A stretch of 64,000 nucleotides of DNA, taken from contig DATKYN010000007.1 of NCBI GenBank assembly GCA_035528435.1, positions 2,694-66,693 on the forward strand, written 5' to 3'. A model generated the notes under the pieces. It was not told the DNA's origin. It saw only the letters and a program-made list of their open reading frames with translations, and did not search any database. Shown here one piece after another: positions 1 through 9,742 of the stretch. A program made the translations under genes and the position numbers. Each line of letters starts with the position of its first letter. Within the stretch, counting starts at the first letter, position 1. Source of the stretch: Burkholderiales bacterium (GTDB taxonomy: Bacteria > Pseudomonadota > Gammaproteobacteria > Burkholderiales > Eutrophovitaceae).

Positions 1-2
1 GA

Positions 3-2120
3 ACCATCAATATTTCCACCTCGACCAGTCACGGTGACTGGGCAAAACCGCTGGCTACCGGTGGCACACTCACCAACCCGCCACTCGACGATGGCGCTGC
101 GACCTACATCTATGACCCCGCGCTCGATGGCGTGGTGACCTTGACGCTGAGTAACACGCACGCTGATGACCTGACCATTACGGTGGTGGACACAGCCGTG
201 GGGTCATCGAGTTCAACTTCCGCGCTGATCAGTTTTCGCGACAATGCGTTCGTCATTTCTGCGATTGACAGCCTTGGTGCGACGCCGGTTGCGGGACGCA
301 ATCATGCCCTCAGGGCGGAGTTGTGGCGGCGTGATCTGGTGGATGGCGACTGTGCCGTGGACGTGAACTACACTGGCAGCAAGAACCTGGATGCCTGGTA
401 TGTCGCTGACGCCGATCATCCTGCCGGCGCCGGAGCGCCTGCCATCAGTAGCGGCACACCGCCCGGGAGCTGTGGTGCGGCCCCGGTGCTTTCCTTGGGA
501 ACTGCCGTGCCAGCGCCCAATCCTGCTGCGAATAACCTGGCAAACGTGCCATTCGTAAACGGGGTATGGGATTTCTGCCTGGCAACCACCGACGTTGGAA
601 AGTACGCGATCAGCTTGCGTGACGACACGCGCATTCATGCGACCGGGGTCGACATCAGCAGCGACCCCGTCACACTTACCGTACGCCCGTTTGGCCTGGC
701 GATCGTCGATGTTCGAACGGGCCCGACGCTTAATCCCGCCGGCACGGCCAGCAGTGGTGCGCGGTTTGTACCGGCAGGCGATACCGCCCAGCCGGCCGCG
801 CATTTTCAAGCGACTGTCGCTGCCTACGCATGGGACGCGGCGGATGATGCGGGGAACGACGGCGTCCCGGACGTCGGTGCAAACATTACCGACAATGCGC
901 TGATCCCGAGCTTTGCCTGGGCGACCACGCTTGCGGCTGCCAGCACGGCCCCGTATTTCACGCCCGGTGGCGGTGTGCTTGGCACGCTCACCGGCGCGAC
1001 GTCGTTGATCGCGGGCGATTATTCCGGCGGGCAGGCAACCCCCAACGATCTCGCTTACAGCGAAGTGGGGAGTATGCAGCTTCAGGCCAATGTCACGAAT
1101 TACCTTAACAGTCCCGGCGTCAATCTCGCCGGCGTGAATGTTGGCGCGACCGGAACGCCGACCCAGGTCGGGCGCTTCTACCCTGATCACTTTACGTTAC
1201 TGCCGGGCAATACCGTGATCGATGCGTGCGCTTCGGGTGGGTTTACCTATATGGGGCAGCCCGAAATCAGTGTTGACTACACGATCGAGGCGCGAAATAC
1301 GGACGACGTGCGAACGAACAACTATGGCGTTGGTTACAACGTCGGTAGCGTCAGTATGGTCGCCGAGAACAACAACGACGGCGTGGACCTGAGTGGCCGC
1401 CTGAGCGTGCCGGTGTCGAACTGGATTACAGGCGCGTATGTCATCAGTACCAGTTCCGCCAGTTTCAGCCGGGCTGCGGCGCCGGACGGGTCGTACGAAT
1501 TGCTGCAAATGGGCGTAGATGTATCCGATCCTGATCTGGCCTTACTTGCCGGACGCGATATGGACCCGGCCACGGCGGGCGTATGCGGCGGCGCTTGCAC
1601 GGCCAAGGCATTGATCGGGTTGACGCGGTTGCGGTTCGGCCGCTTGCGCATGGATAACGTCTCGGGTACCACCCGGCTCGATTTGCCGCTGCGACTGCAG
1701 GCGCAGTACTACACCCCGACCGGATTTGTAACCAACGGCGATGACGATTGCACGGCTTTCAATGGCCCGGATTTCGCCATGGCTTTTGTCCCGTTAACCA
1801 ACCTTTCCTTCTGTGAAACGGCGGCCGAACCGAGTGCTGCGATCGTGCTCTCTGGCGGGCAGGCAAGCGGGCTGCAACTGGCGGCACCGGGAGTCGGAAA
1901 TGATGGTGCGGTCGATCTCAGACTCAACCTCGGGGCTGCCAGCGGCGCGACCTGTACTGCGGTTGGCGGTTTTCCTTCTCCGGCTACATTTTCTCCGCTC
2001 GATTACCTGCGCGGCAACTGGGGTGGAGCCCCGAACTGGGATCAGGATCCGACCGCAAGGGCGACCTTTGGCGTCTACCAGAACGCCTCCGAGTATTTAT
2101 ATCTGCAAGAGAACTATTGA
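3..2120 (+). CDS. mshQ: MshQ-like MSHA pilus biogenesis protein, C-terminal portion (5' end lies outside the window)
   Basis: Frame 3 is open from nt 3 (TINISTSTSHGDWAKPL...) into the listed 132..2120 ORF, so the gene is cut by the window edge. Composition is Ala/Gly/Thr/Asn-rich, as in secreted proteins. The tail ...ATFGVYQNASEYLYLQENY resembles the conserved MshQ C-terminus as I recall it. It lies directly upstream of mshI-N. Confidence 0.5.
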   Translation, partial: TINISTSTSHGDWAKPLATGGTLTNPPLDDGAATYIYDPALDGVVTLTLSNTHADDLTITVVDTAVGSSSSTSALISFRDNAFVISAIDSLGATPVAGRNHALRAELWRRDLVDGDCAVDVNYTGSKNLDAWYVADADHPAGAGAPAISSGTPPGSCGAAPVLSLGTAVPAPNPAANNLANVPFVNGVWDFCLATTDVGKYAISLRDDTRIHATGVDISSDPVTLTVRPFGLAIVDVRTGPTLNPAGTASSGARFVPAGDTAQPAAHFQATVAAYAWDAADDAGNDGVPDVGANITDNALIPSFAWATTLAAASTAPYFTPGGGVLGTLTGATSLIAGDYSGGQATPNDLAYSEVGSMQLQANVTNYLNSPGVNLAGVNVGATGTPTQVGRFYPDHFTLLPGNTVIDACASGGFTYMGQPEISVDYTIEARNTDDVRTNNYGVGYNVGSVSMVAENNNDGVDLSGRLSVPVSNWITGAYVISTSSASFSRAAAPDGSYELLQMGVDVSDPDLALLAGRDMDPATAGVCGGACTAKALIGLTRLRFGRLRMDNVSGTTRLDLPLRLQAQYYTPTGFVTNGDDDCTAFNGPDFAMAFVPLTNLSFCETAAEPSAAIVLSGGQASGLQLAAPGVGNDGAVDLRLNLGAASGATCTAVGGFPSPATFSPLDYLRGNWGGAPNWDQDPTARATFGVYQNASEYLYLQENY

Positions 2121-2146
2121 AGTCAGAGAGAAATCTTATTTCCTCA

Positions 2147-2175
2147 TTGACGACAATGAGTTATTGAGTTATTTT
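2147..2175 (+). promoter_or_regulatory. Candidate sigma-70 promoter for the mshI-N operon
   Basis: The only AT-rich gap in the MSHA region (2121-2212). It contains TTGACG (2147-2152), a 17-nt spacer, then TATTTT (2170-2175), about 40 nt upstream of the mshI ATG. Confidence 0.25.
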
Positions 2176-2212
2176 CGCGTTGTTTAATAACTTCTGAGGC
2201 CCTCATACCCTG

Positions 2213-3151
2213 ATGCTGATGCGCAAGCAGACTGCCGGAATGGGCGCGGTCGCTGTGTGCCTTAAAAAAGGCCGCGTCGATGTTGCGCGCATCACGCGCG
2301 CGGCTGATGCGCAGCCGGTTCTCGAGATTTGTGCGTCCGAGCAGATTGAGGGCTCCGAGGCGGATACGCTGAGCCGCCTGCGTCGCAAGTTCAGTCTGAA
2401 TCGAGCGAATTGCGTGACATTGATCCCGGAAGGCGATTATCAGCTCCAGGTAATGGATGCGCCTGAAGTGCCGGACGAAGAATTGAAAGACGCGGTGCGC
2501 TGGCGCCTGAAGGATGTGCTTGACTATCCCGCTGACGCCGCCACGATCGACGTGTTTACGTTGCCCGCTGATCCCAACGCTCCAACCCGCACCCGGTCCG
2601 TCTACGCAGTAGCGGCTCGTAATGAACTGATCGCTGACCGCATGGCTGCTTTTTACGAAGCCAGACTTTTGCTCGACGTGATCGATATACCCGAAATGGC
2701 TCAGCGCAACATGGCGAAGCTTTACGAAACACCGGGACGTGCACTGGCCTTGTTGCATCTCTCCGCTGAGAGGGGGCTGCTGACTTTTACCGCTGACGGC
2801 GAGTTGTACCTTGCGCGTGGAATCGACATCAGCCTGGCGCAACTGGGTCACGCTGAAGGAGATCTCCGGCAACAGTTGCTAGACCGCCTGGTGCTTGAGG
2901 TGCAGCGTTCGCTCGACCACTTCGACCGGCAGTTCAGCTACCTCACGCTCAGCCGGTTGATTCTTGCGCCGTCGCCTGAAGATTCCGGGCTTCAGGCCTA
3001 TCTTTCCGAGAATCTTGACGTGCCCGTTGAAGAGGCGCGGCTGCAGGACGCGATCGATATTAGCGGCGTGCCGGAGCTGGCCTCCAGGACGATGCAGGCG
3101 GATTACTTCATGGCAATTGGTGCCGCGCTCCGGCAAGAGAGCGGCGCGTGA
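2213..3151 (+). CDS. mshI: MSHA biogenesis protein MshI (PilM-like cytoplasmic assembly protein)
   Basis: 312-aa ORF with no TM segment and PilM-like layout (…DYQLQVMDAPEVPDEELKDAVRWRLKD…IDIPEMAQRN…). First gene of the assembly block. Its stop overlaps the next start (GTGA at 3148-3151). ATG 2219 is an alternative start. Confidence 0.6.
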   Translation: MLMRKQTAGMGAVAVCLKKGRVDVARITRAADAQPVLEICASEQIEGSEADTLSRLRRKFSLNRANCVTLIPEGDYQLQVMDAPEVPDEELKDAVRWRLKDVLDYPADAATIDVFTLPADPNAPTRTRSVYAVAARNELIADRMAAFYEARLLLDVIDIPEMAQRNMAKLYETPGRALALLHLSAERGLLTFTADGELYLARGIDISLAQLGHAEGDLRQQLLDRLVLEVQRSLDHFDRQFSYLTLSRLILAPSPEDSGLQAYLSENLDVPVEEARLQDAIDISGVPELASRTMQADYFMAIGAALRQESGA

Positions 3152-3795
3152 GCCAACAAATCAATCTTTACAATCCGGCGTTCGAGCGCAAGCGTGATCT
3201 GCTCTCGCTGCCAGGTGCTGTATCGGCGTGGAGTATCACAGCTGTCGTTATGATTCTCGCGGTGGTGGCAATGTCGATTCGGACCGGTAACCTTGAGCAC
3301 CATCTGGCGCAGGCTTCCGCGGAGCGCGATAGCGCACAGTCGGAAACGAATCGCCTCGCGGGCCAACTGGCGGCGCGCAAGCCTAACCCCGAACTGGCTC
3401 AGGAAGTGGTGCGGCTAGAGGCAGGCGTGTCCAGCCGCAAAGAGGTCATGTCAACGTTGGGTGCGGGGGTCATTGGCGATACCAGTGGTTTCTCGAAACA
3501 TTTCGCCGCTTTTGCGCGCCAGTCGTTTTCCGGGCTCTGGCTCACCGGACTTAGAGTGGCCGGGGCCGGTCAGGATGTGGTGCTCGAAGGCCGTGCCATA
3601 CGGCCGGAGCTGGTGCCGAGCTATTTGCAGCGGCTTAATAAGGAAGAAGTCATGCAAGGGCACGCCTTCGCCGAACTGGAAATGCGCCGGCCGGAACCAG
3701 ACGACGAGACGGCGGGGGTGGAGGCGAAGTACATCGAGTTTCGGCTGTCAACGCTGCCGGGGTCAGGTGCGTCAGGCACCGGGGAGCGGCAATGA
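3148..3795 (+). CDS. PilN-like MSHA assembly protein (fimbrial assembly family)
   Basis: N-terminus MSQQINLYNPAFERKR, followed by a single TM (AWSITAVVMILAVVAMSI) and a coiled-coil segment, which is typical PilN topology. GTG start and ATGA overlap with the next gene. Confidence 0.6.
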   Translation: MSQQINLYNPAFERKRDLLSLPGAVSAWSITAVVMILAVVAMSIRTGNLEHHLAQASAERDSAQSETNRLAGQLAARKPNPELAQEVVRLEAGVSSRKEVMSTLGAGVIGDTSGFSKHFAAFARQSFSGLWLTGLRVAGAGQDVVLEGRAIRPELVPSYLQRLNKEEVMQGHAFAELEMRRPEPDDETAGVEAKYIEFRLSTLPGSGASGTGERQ

Positions 3796-4448
3796 AACAG
3801 TCCTGGCGCCGTTTGGAGAAGCGATTCGACCTTCTTACCCGCCGTGAGCGCGGTATTTTGCTGGGCGGCGGATTGGCCGTGATTCTTATTTTTGGATACT
3901 CGCTCCTCGATGCATCTTTCGCGCGGCAAAGGGTGCTTGGCACCCAAATTGCGGAAGCCCGCGCAGCGGCTGCGATGTCGAAAGCCCAGTCACAGTCGAT
4001 GGTGATTCAACTCGCGCAGGACCCGGACACGCGAGCCCGGGCGCGCATCGCGTCGCTATCTGATCACTTGCGCCGCCTTGATGCGCAGATGCAGGGAATC
4101 AACCGGGGCCTCGTGCCGCCGCAGCAGATGGCGCAGATACTTGAGAAGATGCTGACCCGGGATTCGCGCGTGAAACTGGTCAGGCTCAAGACGTTGCCCG
4201 TGTCCGACCTCATTGCGAGAGACAGCGTCAAGCAGGGTGTCGGCCAGGCGAACGTCTACAAGCACGGCATTGAACTCACATTGCAGGGCCGTTACCTCGA
4301 CATGCTGAATTATCTCGATCGGCTGGAAGCACTTCCCTGGCAGATGTTCTGGTCCGAGGCCCGTATGGATGCGCGCGATTATCCTGCGGTGCGCATTACG
4401 GTAACGGTATTTACCCTGTCGCTGGACAGCGATTGGCTGGTGGTGTGA
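3792..4448 (+). CDS. mshJ: MSHA biogenesis protein MshJ (PilO-like)
   Basis: 218 aa with an N-terminal TM (ILLGGGLAVILIFGYSLL), a coiled coil and a PilO/MshJ-like C-terminal part (YLDMLNYLDRLEALPWQMFW). Its position follows the PilM/PilN-like genes. Confidence 0.6.
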   Translation: MKQSWRRLEKRFDLLTRRERGILLGGGLAVILIFGYSLLDASFARQRVLGTQIAEARAAAAMSKAQSQSMVIQLAQDPDTRARARIASLSDHLRRLDAQMQGINRGLVPPQQMAQILEKMLTRDSRVKLVRLKTLPVSDLIARDSVKQGVGQANVYKHGIELTLQGRYLDMLNYLDRLEALPWQMFWSEARMDARDYPAVRITVTVFTLSLDSDWLVV

Positions 4449-4822
4449 TGAGATACACGATTGCTCTCACCGCTGGTCTGTTACTTGCGTCTGTCTCGAT
4501 TGTGTCCGTTGCCCAGCAGATGCGCGATCCGACCCGCCCGCCGGCAGTGGCTTCGACCAAGTCGGTAACTGGGAAGACCGGCTCACGGGGCGCGATGGTA
4601 CTGCAAACCGTTTTGATCTCCACTGAGCGTCGCGCGGCGGTGATCAGCGGTCGCGTGCTGTCAGTCGGTGACACGGTTTCCGGCTTCCGGTTAGCGGAAA
4701 TTCGCGAAGGCGAAGTCGTGATGAAAGGTTCACGAGGAACGCGCACGTTGCGTCTTTATCCGGCCGTGAGCAAAGTCGAGGCAACGGCGACGCAGTCTGA
4801 ACAAAAAAAGGGCCATGAATGA
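4448..4822 (+). CDS. mshK: MSHA biogenesis protein MshK (small periplasmic pilot-like protein)
   Basis: ATG 4448 overlaps the mshJ stop (TGATG). It has a signal peptide (MRYTIALTAGLLLASVSIVSVAQQ) followed by an RDPTRPP motif. The small size and position before the secretin fit MshK. The track start at TTG 4433 is less likely. Confidence 0.55.
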   Translation: MRYTIALTAGLLLASVSIVSVAQQMRDPTRPPAVASTKSVTGKTGSRGAMVLQTVLISTERRAAVISGRVLSVGDTVSGFRLAEIREGEVVMKGSRGTRTLRLYPAVSKVEATATQSEQKKGHE

Positions 4823-6651
4823 GCCGGGCGAGAAAAAGACCATCTGAGCTTGCTGCGGAAGCCTTGGCGGCGACCGGGCGGGTGCCTGAGCGTCTCCTCG
4901 TGCTGCTACTGGTGGCGGGATTGACCTCCTGCGCATCACTCAACCCGCCTCCACTGGAGTACGAAACGGCCAAGTCGCAGTTGGATGACGCGGCCAGTTC
5001 GTCGGCAGATGCGGCGCAGCCGGATGCGGTCAGTGAGGCGCTGTTGCCGCCTATCAACGTGGAGATGCCGCAAGTTGACGGGCGGCCGATTGAGCCCCGA
5101 TTCGATTTGCAGGTCAGTAAGGCGCCAGCAAATCAGGTGTTCCTCGCGATCGCTGCCGGCACTCGCTATAGCATGGTGGTCCACCCGGATGTGAAAGAAC
5201 CGATTTCGATCGACCTGAAGGATGTCACGGTCGTTGAAGCACTTGAAACCATTCGCGAGGTCTACGGATACGAATACGGTATCAGGGGCACGCGGATCAT
5301 GATCAAACCGATCGGAATGCAAACCCGAGTCTTCCAGGTCAATTACCTGGTTTCGACGCGCAAGGGTGAAACCGAAGTTCGGATCAGCTCCGGTGCGATT
5401 TCCGATTCATCGACACCGGCAACGCAGGGTGCGACAACGGTTCCCGCGTTGTCGGGCACGACGACCAATCAGTCCCTGCAAAGCAGTCAGGTAAAGACGT
5501 CGTTGGACAATGACCTCTGGGGCGAAATTGCGACTGCCGTGCGCATGATGATTGGCTCTGATGACGGACGCAACGTTGTGGTTAGCCCCCAGGCCGGGGT
5601 CATTGTTGTCCGCGCGCTTCCCGAGGAGTTACGCAATGTTGCCGAACTGCTCGATACCATGTCGGTGGTCGTGGAGCGGCAGGTCATGCTGGAGGCAAAA
5701 ATTATTGATGTGCGGCTGGCTGACGGCGCACAGACCGGGGTTAACTGGGCGGCATTTGCGTCGGGCGACAACAGCCGCTTTGCGGGGGGAGTGCTCACTC
5801 CCGGTTCCACGCTTTCGCCTACCGGCACGCTGACCGCTTTTACGGCGCGCAACGATGATGGAACCATCAAGGCGAATTCGAATCTCGACTCCTTGCCCGG
5901 GGCGGTATCGGGGTTCATTGAGAGCGGTGCAGGAACGCCCGGCACTCTCATGGGCCTGGCGTTTCAGACCAGTAACTTTGCCGCGATGATTTCGTTCCTT
6001 GAGACGCAGGGCGAATTGTCGGTGCTGTCGAGTCCGCGGATTGCGACCCTGAATAATCAGAAAGCCGTGTTGAAAGTGGGTACGGACGAGTTTTTCGTAA
6101 CCAATGTAACGTCGAACGTCACGTTTACCGGGGTGACGAGCACACAGTCCCCGACGATCACCACCCAGCCTTTTTTCTCCGGAGTCGCGCTCGACGTTAC
6201 ACCACAGATCGACGACAACGATATCATTACGCTGCACATTCACCCGTCAGTCAGTCGCGTGACCGAAGTCACCAAGGATCTCGATCTGGGGAACGCGGGT
6301 CAATTCAGGTTGCCCCTGGCATCCAGCGAGATCAGCGAATCGGACACGATCGTCCGGGTGACCAACGGTCAGATCGTCGCGATCGGAGGATTGATGAAAG
6401 AGTGGTCGACGCGTAATCGCCGACAGGTACCCGGACTAGGCGATTTGCCGGTGGTCGGCAGTCTGTTCGGAAACTCCCAGCGTGCGGTCGAGAAAAGCGA
6501 ACTGGTGATTCTGGTCAAGCCTACTATTATCCGGAACTCCAATGACTGGCATGATGATATTGTTGACACGCGCAAGCGAGTCGACCGGTTGCAGCGGGAT
6601 GGCGCATCTTCTAACCAGCCGGCCAGTGCGGAACTGTTGGACGCGCAATGA
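4819..6651 (+). CDS. mshL: MSHA-type pilus secretin MshL (GspD/PilQ superfamily)
   Basis: 610 aa with a lipoprotein-type signal (LLVAGLTSCAS). The secretin C-domain motifs are present (…SSPRIATLNNQKAVLKVG…, VPGLGDLPVVGSLFG…ELVILVKPTII). Confidence 0.85.
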   Translation: MSRARKRPSELAAEALAATGRVPERLLVLLLVAGLTSCASLNPPPLEYETAKSQLDDAASSSADAAQPDAVSEALLPPINVEMPQVDGRPIEPRFDLQVSKAPANQVFLAIAAGTRYSMVVHPDVKEPISIDLKDVTVVEALETIREVYGYEYGIRGTRIMIKPIGMQTRVFQVNYLVSTRKGETEVRISSGAISDSSTPATQGATTVPALSGTTTNQSLQSSQVKTSLDNDLWGEIATAVRMMIGSDDGRNVVVSPQAGVIVVRALPEELRNVAELLDTMSVVVERQVMLEAKIIDVRLADGAQTGVNWAAFASGDNSRFAGGVLTPGSTLSPTGTLTAFTARNDDGTIKANSNLDSLPGAVSGFIESGAGTPGTLMGLAFQTSNFAAMISFLETQGELSVLSSPRIATLNNQKAVLKVGTDEFFVTNVTSNVTFTGVTSTQSPTITTQPFFSGVALDVTPQIDDNDIITLHIHPSVSRVTEVTKDLDLGNAGQFRLPLASSEISESDTIVRVTNGQIVAIGGLMKEWSTRNRRQVPGLGDLPVVGSLFGNSQRAVEKSELVILVKPTIIRNSNDWHDDIVDTRKRVDRLQRDGASSNQPASAELLDAQ

Positions 6652-6694
6652 CGACCAGGATCATGAGGACCCGGGTTTGACGGGAAACTAGAGG

Positions 6695-7588
6695 ATGTAC
6701 CGAGCGCATTTCGGGCTGCGAGAACCACCGTTCGGATTAACGCCCGACACGGCGTTCACCTTTTCGGCGTCATCGCATCAGGAAGCGCTCAACGTCTTGC
6801 TGGTGGCGAGCGCCTCCGGTGAGGGATTCATCAAGATTACCGGTGATGTTGGCATGGGCAAAACCCTGCTGTGCCGCCGCTTCCTGTCGACGCTCGGTGA
6901 TGATCATATCGCCGCCTACATTCCCAACCCGATGCTCGATTTGCGCGGCTTGCTGCTGGCTCTGGCGGAGGAGTTGGGTGCACCGGTGGATCGGGAGGCT
7001 GATCAGCATGCGCTGATCAAAGCGGTGAATCACGCGCTGCTCGGGTTTGCAAGAAATGGCAAGAAGGTCATCGTGTTTCTGGATGAAGCGCAGGCCATGC
7101 CGATCGAAACGCTCGAAGCCTTGCGGCTGCTCTCGAATCTTGAGACGGAGAAACGCAAACTGGTTCAGGTGGTGCTGTTCGGCCAGCCCGAGCTGGACCA
7201 GAAACTCGCCGCAGCCCCTGTTCGCCAACTCAATCAACGCATCACTTTCCAGCACCAGCTTCGCAGCTTGTCGAAAAATGAGACCGAGCAGTATGTCTCG
7301 CATCGTTTGCGGGTGGCGGGATATGCCGGAGATCAGTTGTTCGCTCGCGGATCGATCGCAGCGCTTTACAAGCATACGGGCGGTGTGCCGCGTTTGATTA
7401 ACGTCATTGCCCACAAATCGCTTCTTGCCGCCTATGGTGAGGGGGCGTCACAGGTTTCACGCAAACATGTTGTCCGTGCTGCCCAGGACACCCCTGCAGC
7501 GATTCATCGGACATGGTCGCCTCGCCGGGGATTTGCATTGGCAGCCGCCGCGATTTCTGGTGTCGCAGTCTGGCTGTTCATCGCGTGA
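6695..7588 (+). CDS. mshM: MSHA biogenesis protein MshM (ExeA-like AAA ATPase)
   Basis: N-terminus MYRAHFGLREPPFGLTPD, as in the ExeA family. Walker A is GDVGMGKT and Walker B is VIVFLDEAQ. Confidence 0.85.
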   Translation: MYRAHFGLREPPFGLTPDTAFTFSASSHQEALNVLLVASASGEGFIKITGDVGMGKTLLCRRFLSTLGDDHIAAYIPNPMLDLRGLLLALAEELGAPVDREADQHALIKAVNHALLGFARNGKKVIVFLDEAQAMPIETLEALRLLSNLETEKRKLVQVVLFGQPELDQKLAAAPVRQLNQRITFQHQLRSLSKNETEQYVSHRLRVAGYAGDQLFARGSIAALYKHTGGVPRLINVIAHKSLLAAYGEGASQVSRKHVVRAAQDTPAAIHRTWSPRRGFALAAAAISGVAVWLFIA

Positions 7589-8889
7589 GCCTCATTAATC
7601 AGGTATTGCAGGATCTCGAAGCGCGCCGCGCGGATCCGCCGGCTGAAGTTCCGGTTCCGGAGCAGGTGCGCGCTGTTGACGTGGCGCCCCCGCGAAGCTA
7701 TCGAGGGTTGACATTATTGCTGCTCGGATTGGTTGTTGTTGTGGGCGCCGTAATTTTCGTGTGGGCAGGCAATTCATCGCTCGGAACGAAGCTGCAATCC
7801 TTTCGTTCGGATGCACCCGCTGCGCTACCAACGGGCAATAATGCGCAAGCACCGGCTCAGGCAACGGCGGCACCCGGGACCGTGCAGGAGCAGGTTCAGC
7901 AAGCGTTGCTGATGCCGGTATTTCAGTTATCCAGCGAGCTGTCTAGACTGCCTGACAGCGGTGCACCGTTACCCGTCGAGAAGAAGGTGCGCGTTGCACG
8001 CACTGAAACCTCCCGAGCCAAAGCTGCACCAGGCGCATCAAGCGCTCAGGTTCCCGCATCGGCACCGCGGCCTCAAAAACGCTCAGACGCGCTCGGCGCG
8101 ACGCCGCAGCCGGTTGAAAACAGTCGCCCGGCGATCAAGGCATCTGTCGGGGAGAAGTCATTCAAGCAAGAAACGGCGATGCCGGAACAGAAGATTCTGA
8201 AGCAGGATCAGGCAACAACCTCTTCTGCTGAACCGGCGCTGGAGGAGGTTGTTATCCCGGCAGACATAGCGCCGGGACCGATAGAGAAACAGTCGCGCCA
8301 GCTAACGGCATTCGAGCGTGCGGAGAATGCGTTTCGGCTTGGTGTTGCCAGTCTGCGCCGAGGCCGCATGGCTGAGGCAGAGACGCAATTTCGCGAAGCG
8401 ATCAGGGAAGACCGATCGCATCTGGCATCGCAGCAGGCACTTGTTGGTATTCTCATAGACGCTGGCCGCACGGAGCATGCGGAGGAGGTGCTGGCCGAAT
8501 CACTGCGCATTAATCTCAGGCAACCGAGACAGGCGATGATCCTCGCACGATTACAGCTTCAGCGGGGCGACCTTGATCTGGCAACTCAGACGCTCGAGAG
8601 CGCGAGACCGTATGCCGGAACCGATGCAGTCTATTTGTCGTTCCTGGGCGCGGTTCTTCAGCGGGCAGAGCGGCATGAGGAGGCTGTCGGCCAGTATCGC
8701 AGCGCGCTGGCGTTCATGCCTCGGAACGCGATCTGGCTGATGGGCCTTGGGATCAGCCTGCGAGCGCTTGGCAGCGACGGTGAAGCACTGCGGGCATTCG
8801 ATGAAGCCGCTTCGATCGGCACGCTTGCGCCTGGCCTGCAGACGTATGTCGAGCAGCAGCGTTTACAACTCGCACGAGCGGTGAACTAA
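7585..8889 (+). CDS. mshN: MSHA biogenesis protein MshN (TPR protein)
   Basis: GTG 7585 overlaps the mshM stop (GTGA) and gives VSLINQVLQDLEARR, a typical MshN N-terminus. This is followed by a TM, a Pro/Ala-rich linker and C-terminal TPR repeats. The track start at 7513 would overlap mshM by 76 nt. Confidence 0.7.
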   Translation: MSLINQVLQDLEARRADPPAEVPVPEQVRAVDVAPPRSYRGLTLLLLGLVVVVGAVIFVWAGNSSLGTKLQSFRSDAPAALPTGNNAQAPAQATAAPGTVQEQVQQALLMPVFQLSSELSRLPDSGAPLPVEKKVRVARTETSRAKAAPGASSAQVPASAPRPQKRSDALGATPQPVENSRPAIKASVGEKSFKQETAMPEQKILKQDQATTSSAEPALEEVVIPADIAPGPIEKQSRQLTAFERAENAFRLGVASLRRGRMAEAETQFREAIREDRSHLASQQALVGILIDAGRTEHAEEVLAESLRINLRQPRQAMILARLQLQRGDLDLATQTLESARPYAGTDAVYLSFLGAVLQRAERHEEAVGQYRSALAFMPRNAIWLMGLGISLRALGSDGEALRAFDEAASIGTLAPGLQTYVEQQRLQLARAVN

Positions 8890-8894
8890 CCGCC

Positions 8895-9587
8895 TCAGCG
8901 CTGCGAGGGGGTTCTCGCAGCAATCCAGCCGACGACTTCTGTCGCACCGGCGCGTTTGAGAACCGAAGCGAGCTCATTCAATGTTGCGCCGGTGGTGATG
9001 ACATCGTCGATGACTGCGATAGTCTTTCCGGTCAGGTCTGCATCGCAGCGGAATGCGCCGCGGACATTCCTGGCGCGATCGCGCCATGGTAGAACCGTCT
9101 GCGAGTGTTGAGCCGAGGTTCGTAGCGCGAGCCCTTCCGCAACACGGATGCCAAATGCGCTAATGGCATGCCGCGCTATTTCCGTGGCTTGATTGAAGCC
9201 GCGCTCGCGCAGACGCGCTGCCGCGATCGGCATTGGCAAAACGATATCGGGATAGGGTTCCTGTTCGAGAAGTTGTGCAAGCGCAAACGCCAGTACCCGG
9301 GCTGCGGCGAGGTTGCGCGCATATTTGAGGTCCGTGATCAGAAAATCCACTGGCGACAGATAGTCAACCGGAACGACAACCCGGTCATACGCGGGGAGAC
9401 GCTTGATACAGCGTCCGCACCGCACGGGACCCGGGGTCGGGGCCGCGCAGCTCGGGCAGCGGTGGCCGTTGATGAAGGGCAGGGAGCTGAAGCAGGCGTG
9501 GCACAATCCGGTCGCGGTCGAAGGCGCAGCGCAAAGCAGGCAGCTACCCGGCAAGGCCATACGAAGGCGGGCACCGATGCTAATCAT
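8895..9587 (-). CDS. comF: ComF family protein (phosphoribosyltransferase-domain competence protein)
   Basis: N-terminal Cys-pair zinc-finger-like motifs (CLLC…CHAC…CPSC…CGRC) and a C-terminal PRTase motif ([14 protein letters not shown]). Start chosen at ATG 9587 (MISIGARL…). The longer 9698 start would run into the bioB upstream region. Confidence 0.85.
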   Translation of the reverse strand: MISIGARLRMALPGSCLLCAAPSTATGLCHACFSSLPFINGHRCPSCAAPTPGPVRCGRCIKRLPAYDRVVVPVDYLSPVDFLITDLKYARNLAAARVLAFALAQLLEQEPYPDIVLPMPIAAARLRERGFNQATEIARHAISAFGIRVAEGLALRTSAQHSQTVLPWRDRARNVRGAFRCDADLTGKTIAVIDDVITTGATLNELASVLKRAGATEVVGWIAARTPSQR

Positions 9588-9742
9588 GCCAGCCAGTGAA
9601 CCGCGCGGTTTCCGGAATTTCGGCTGAGCCGAAAGCAGTGCCAGGCGCTGCTGTCGCGGGCGTGAATGCTTCCACGGTATCCCTGCAGGTATCCGCACAT
9701 ATAATACGCATGTTCACTCCAACCACACGGAACCACATTGTA

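Noticed and set aside
213-1190. 325-aa minus-strand ORF (and other minus-strand ORFs) inside the mshQ-like gene
   Set aside because: The translation is Arg/Gly-rich, as expected for antisense reading. It overlaps the long plus-strand ORF that is continuous with the window edge and fits the MSHA context.
2144-2872. 242-aa minus-strand ORF overlapping mshI
   Set aside because: It is antisense to mshI, which is translationally coupled to the downstream operon. It has no motif support.
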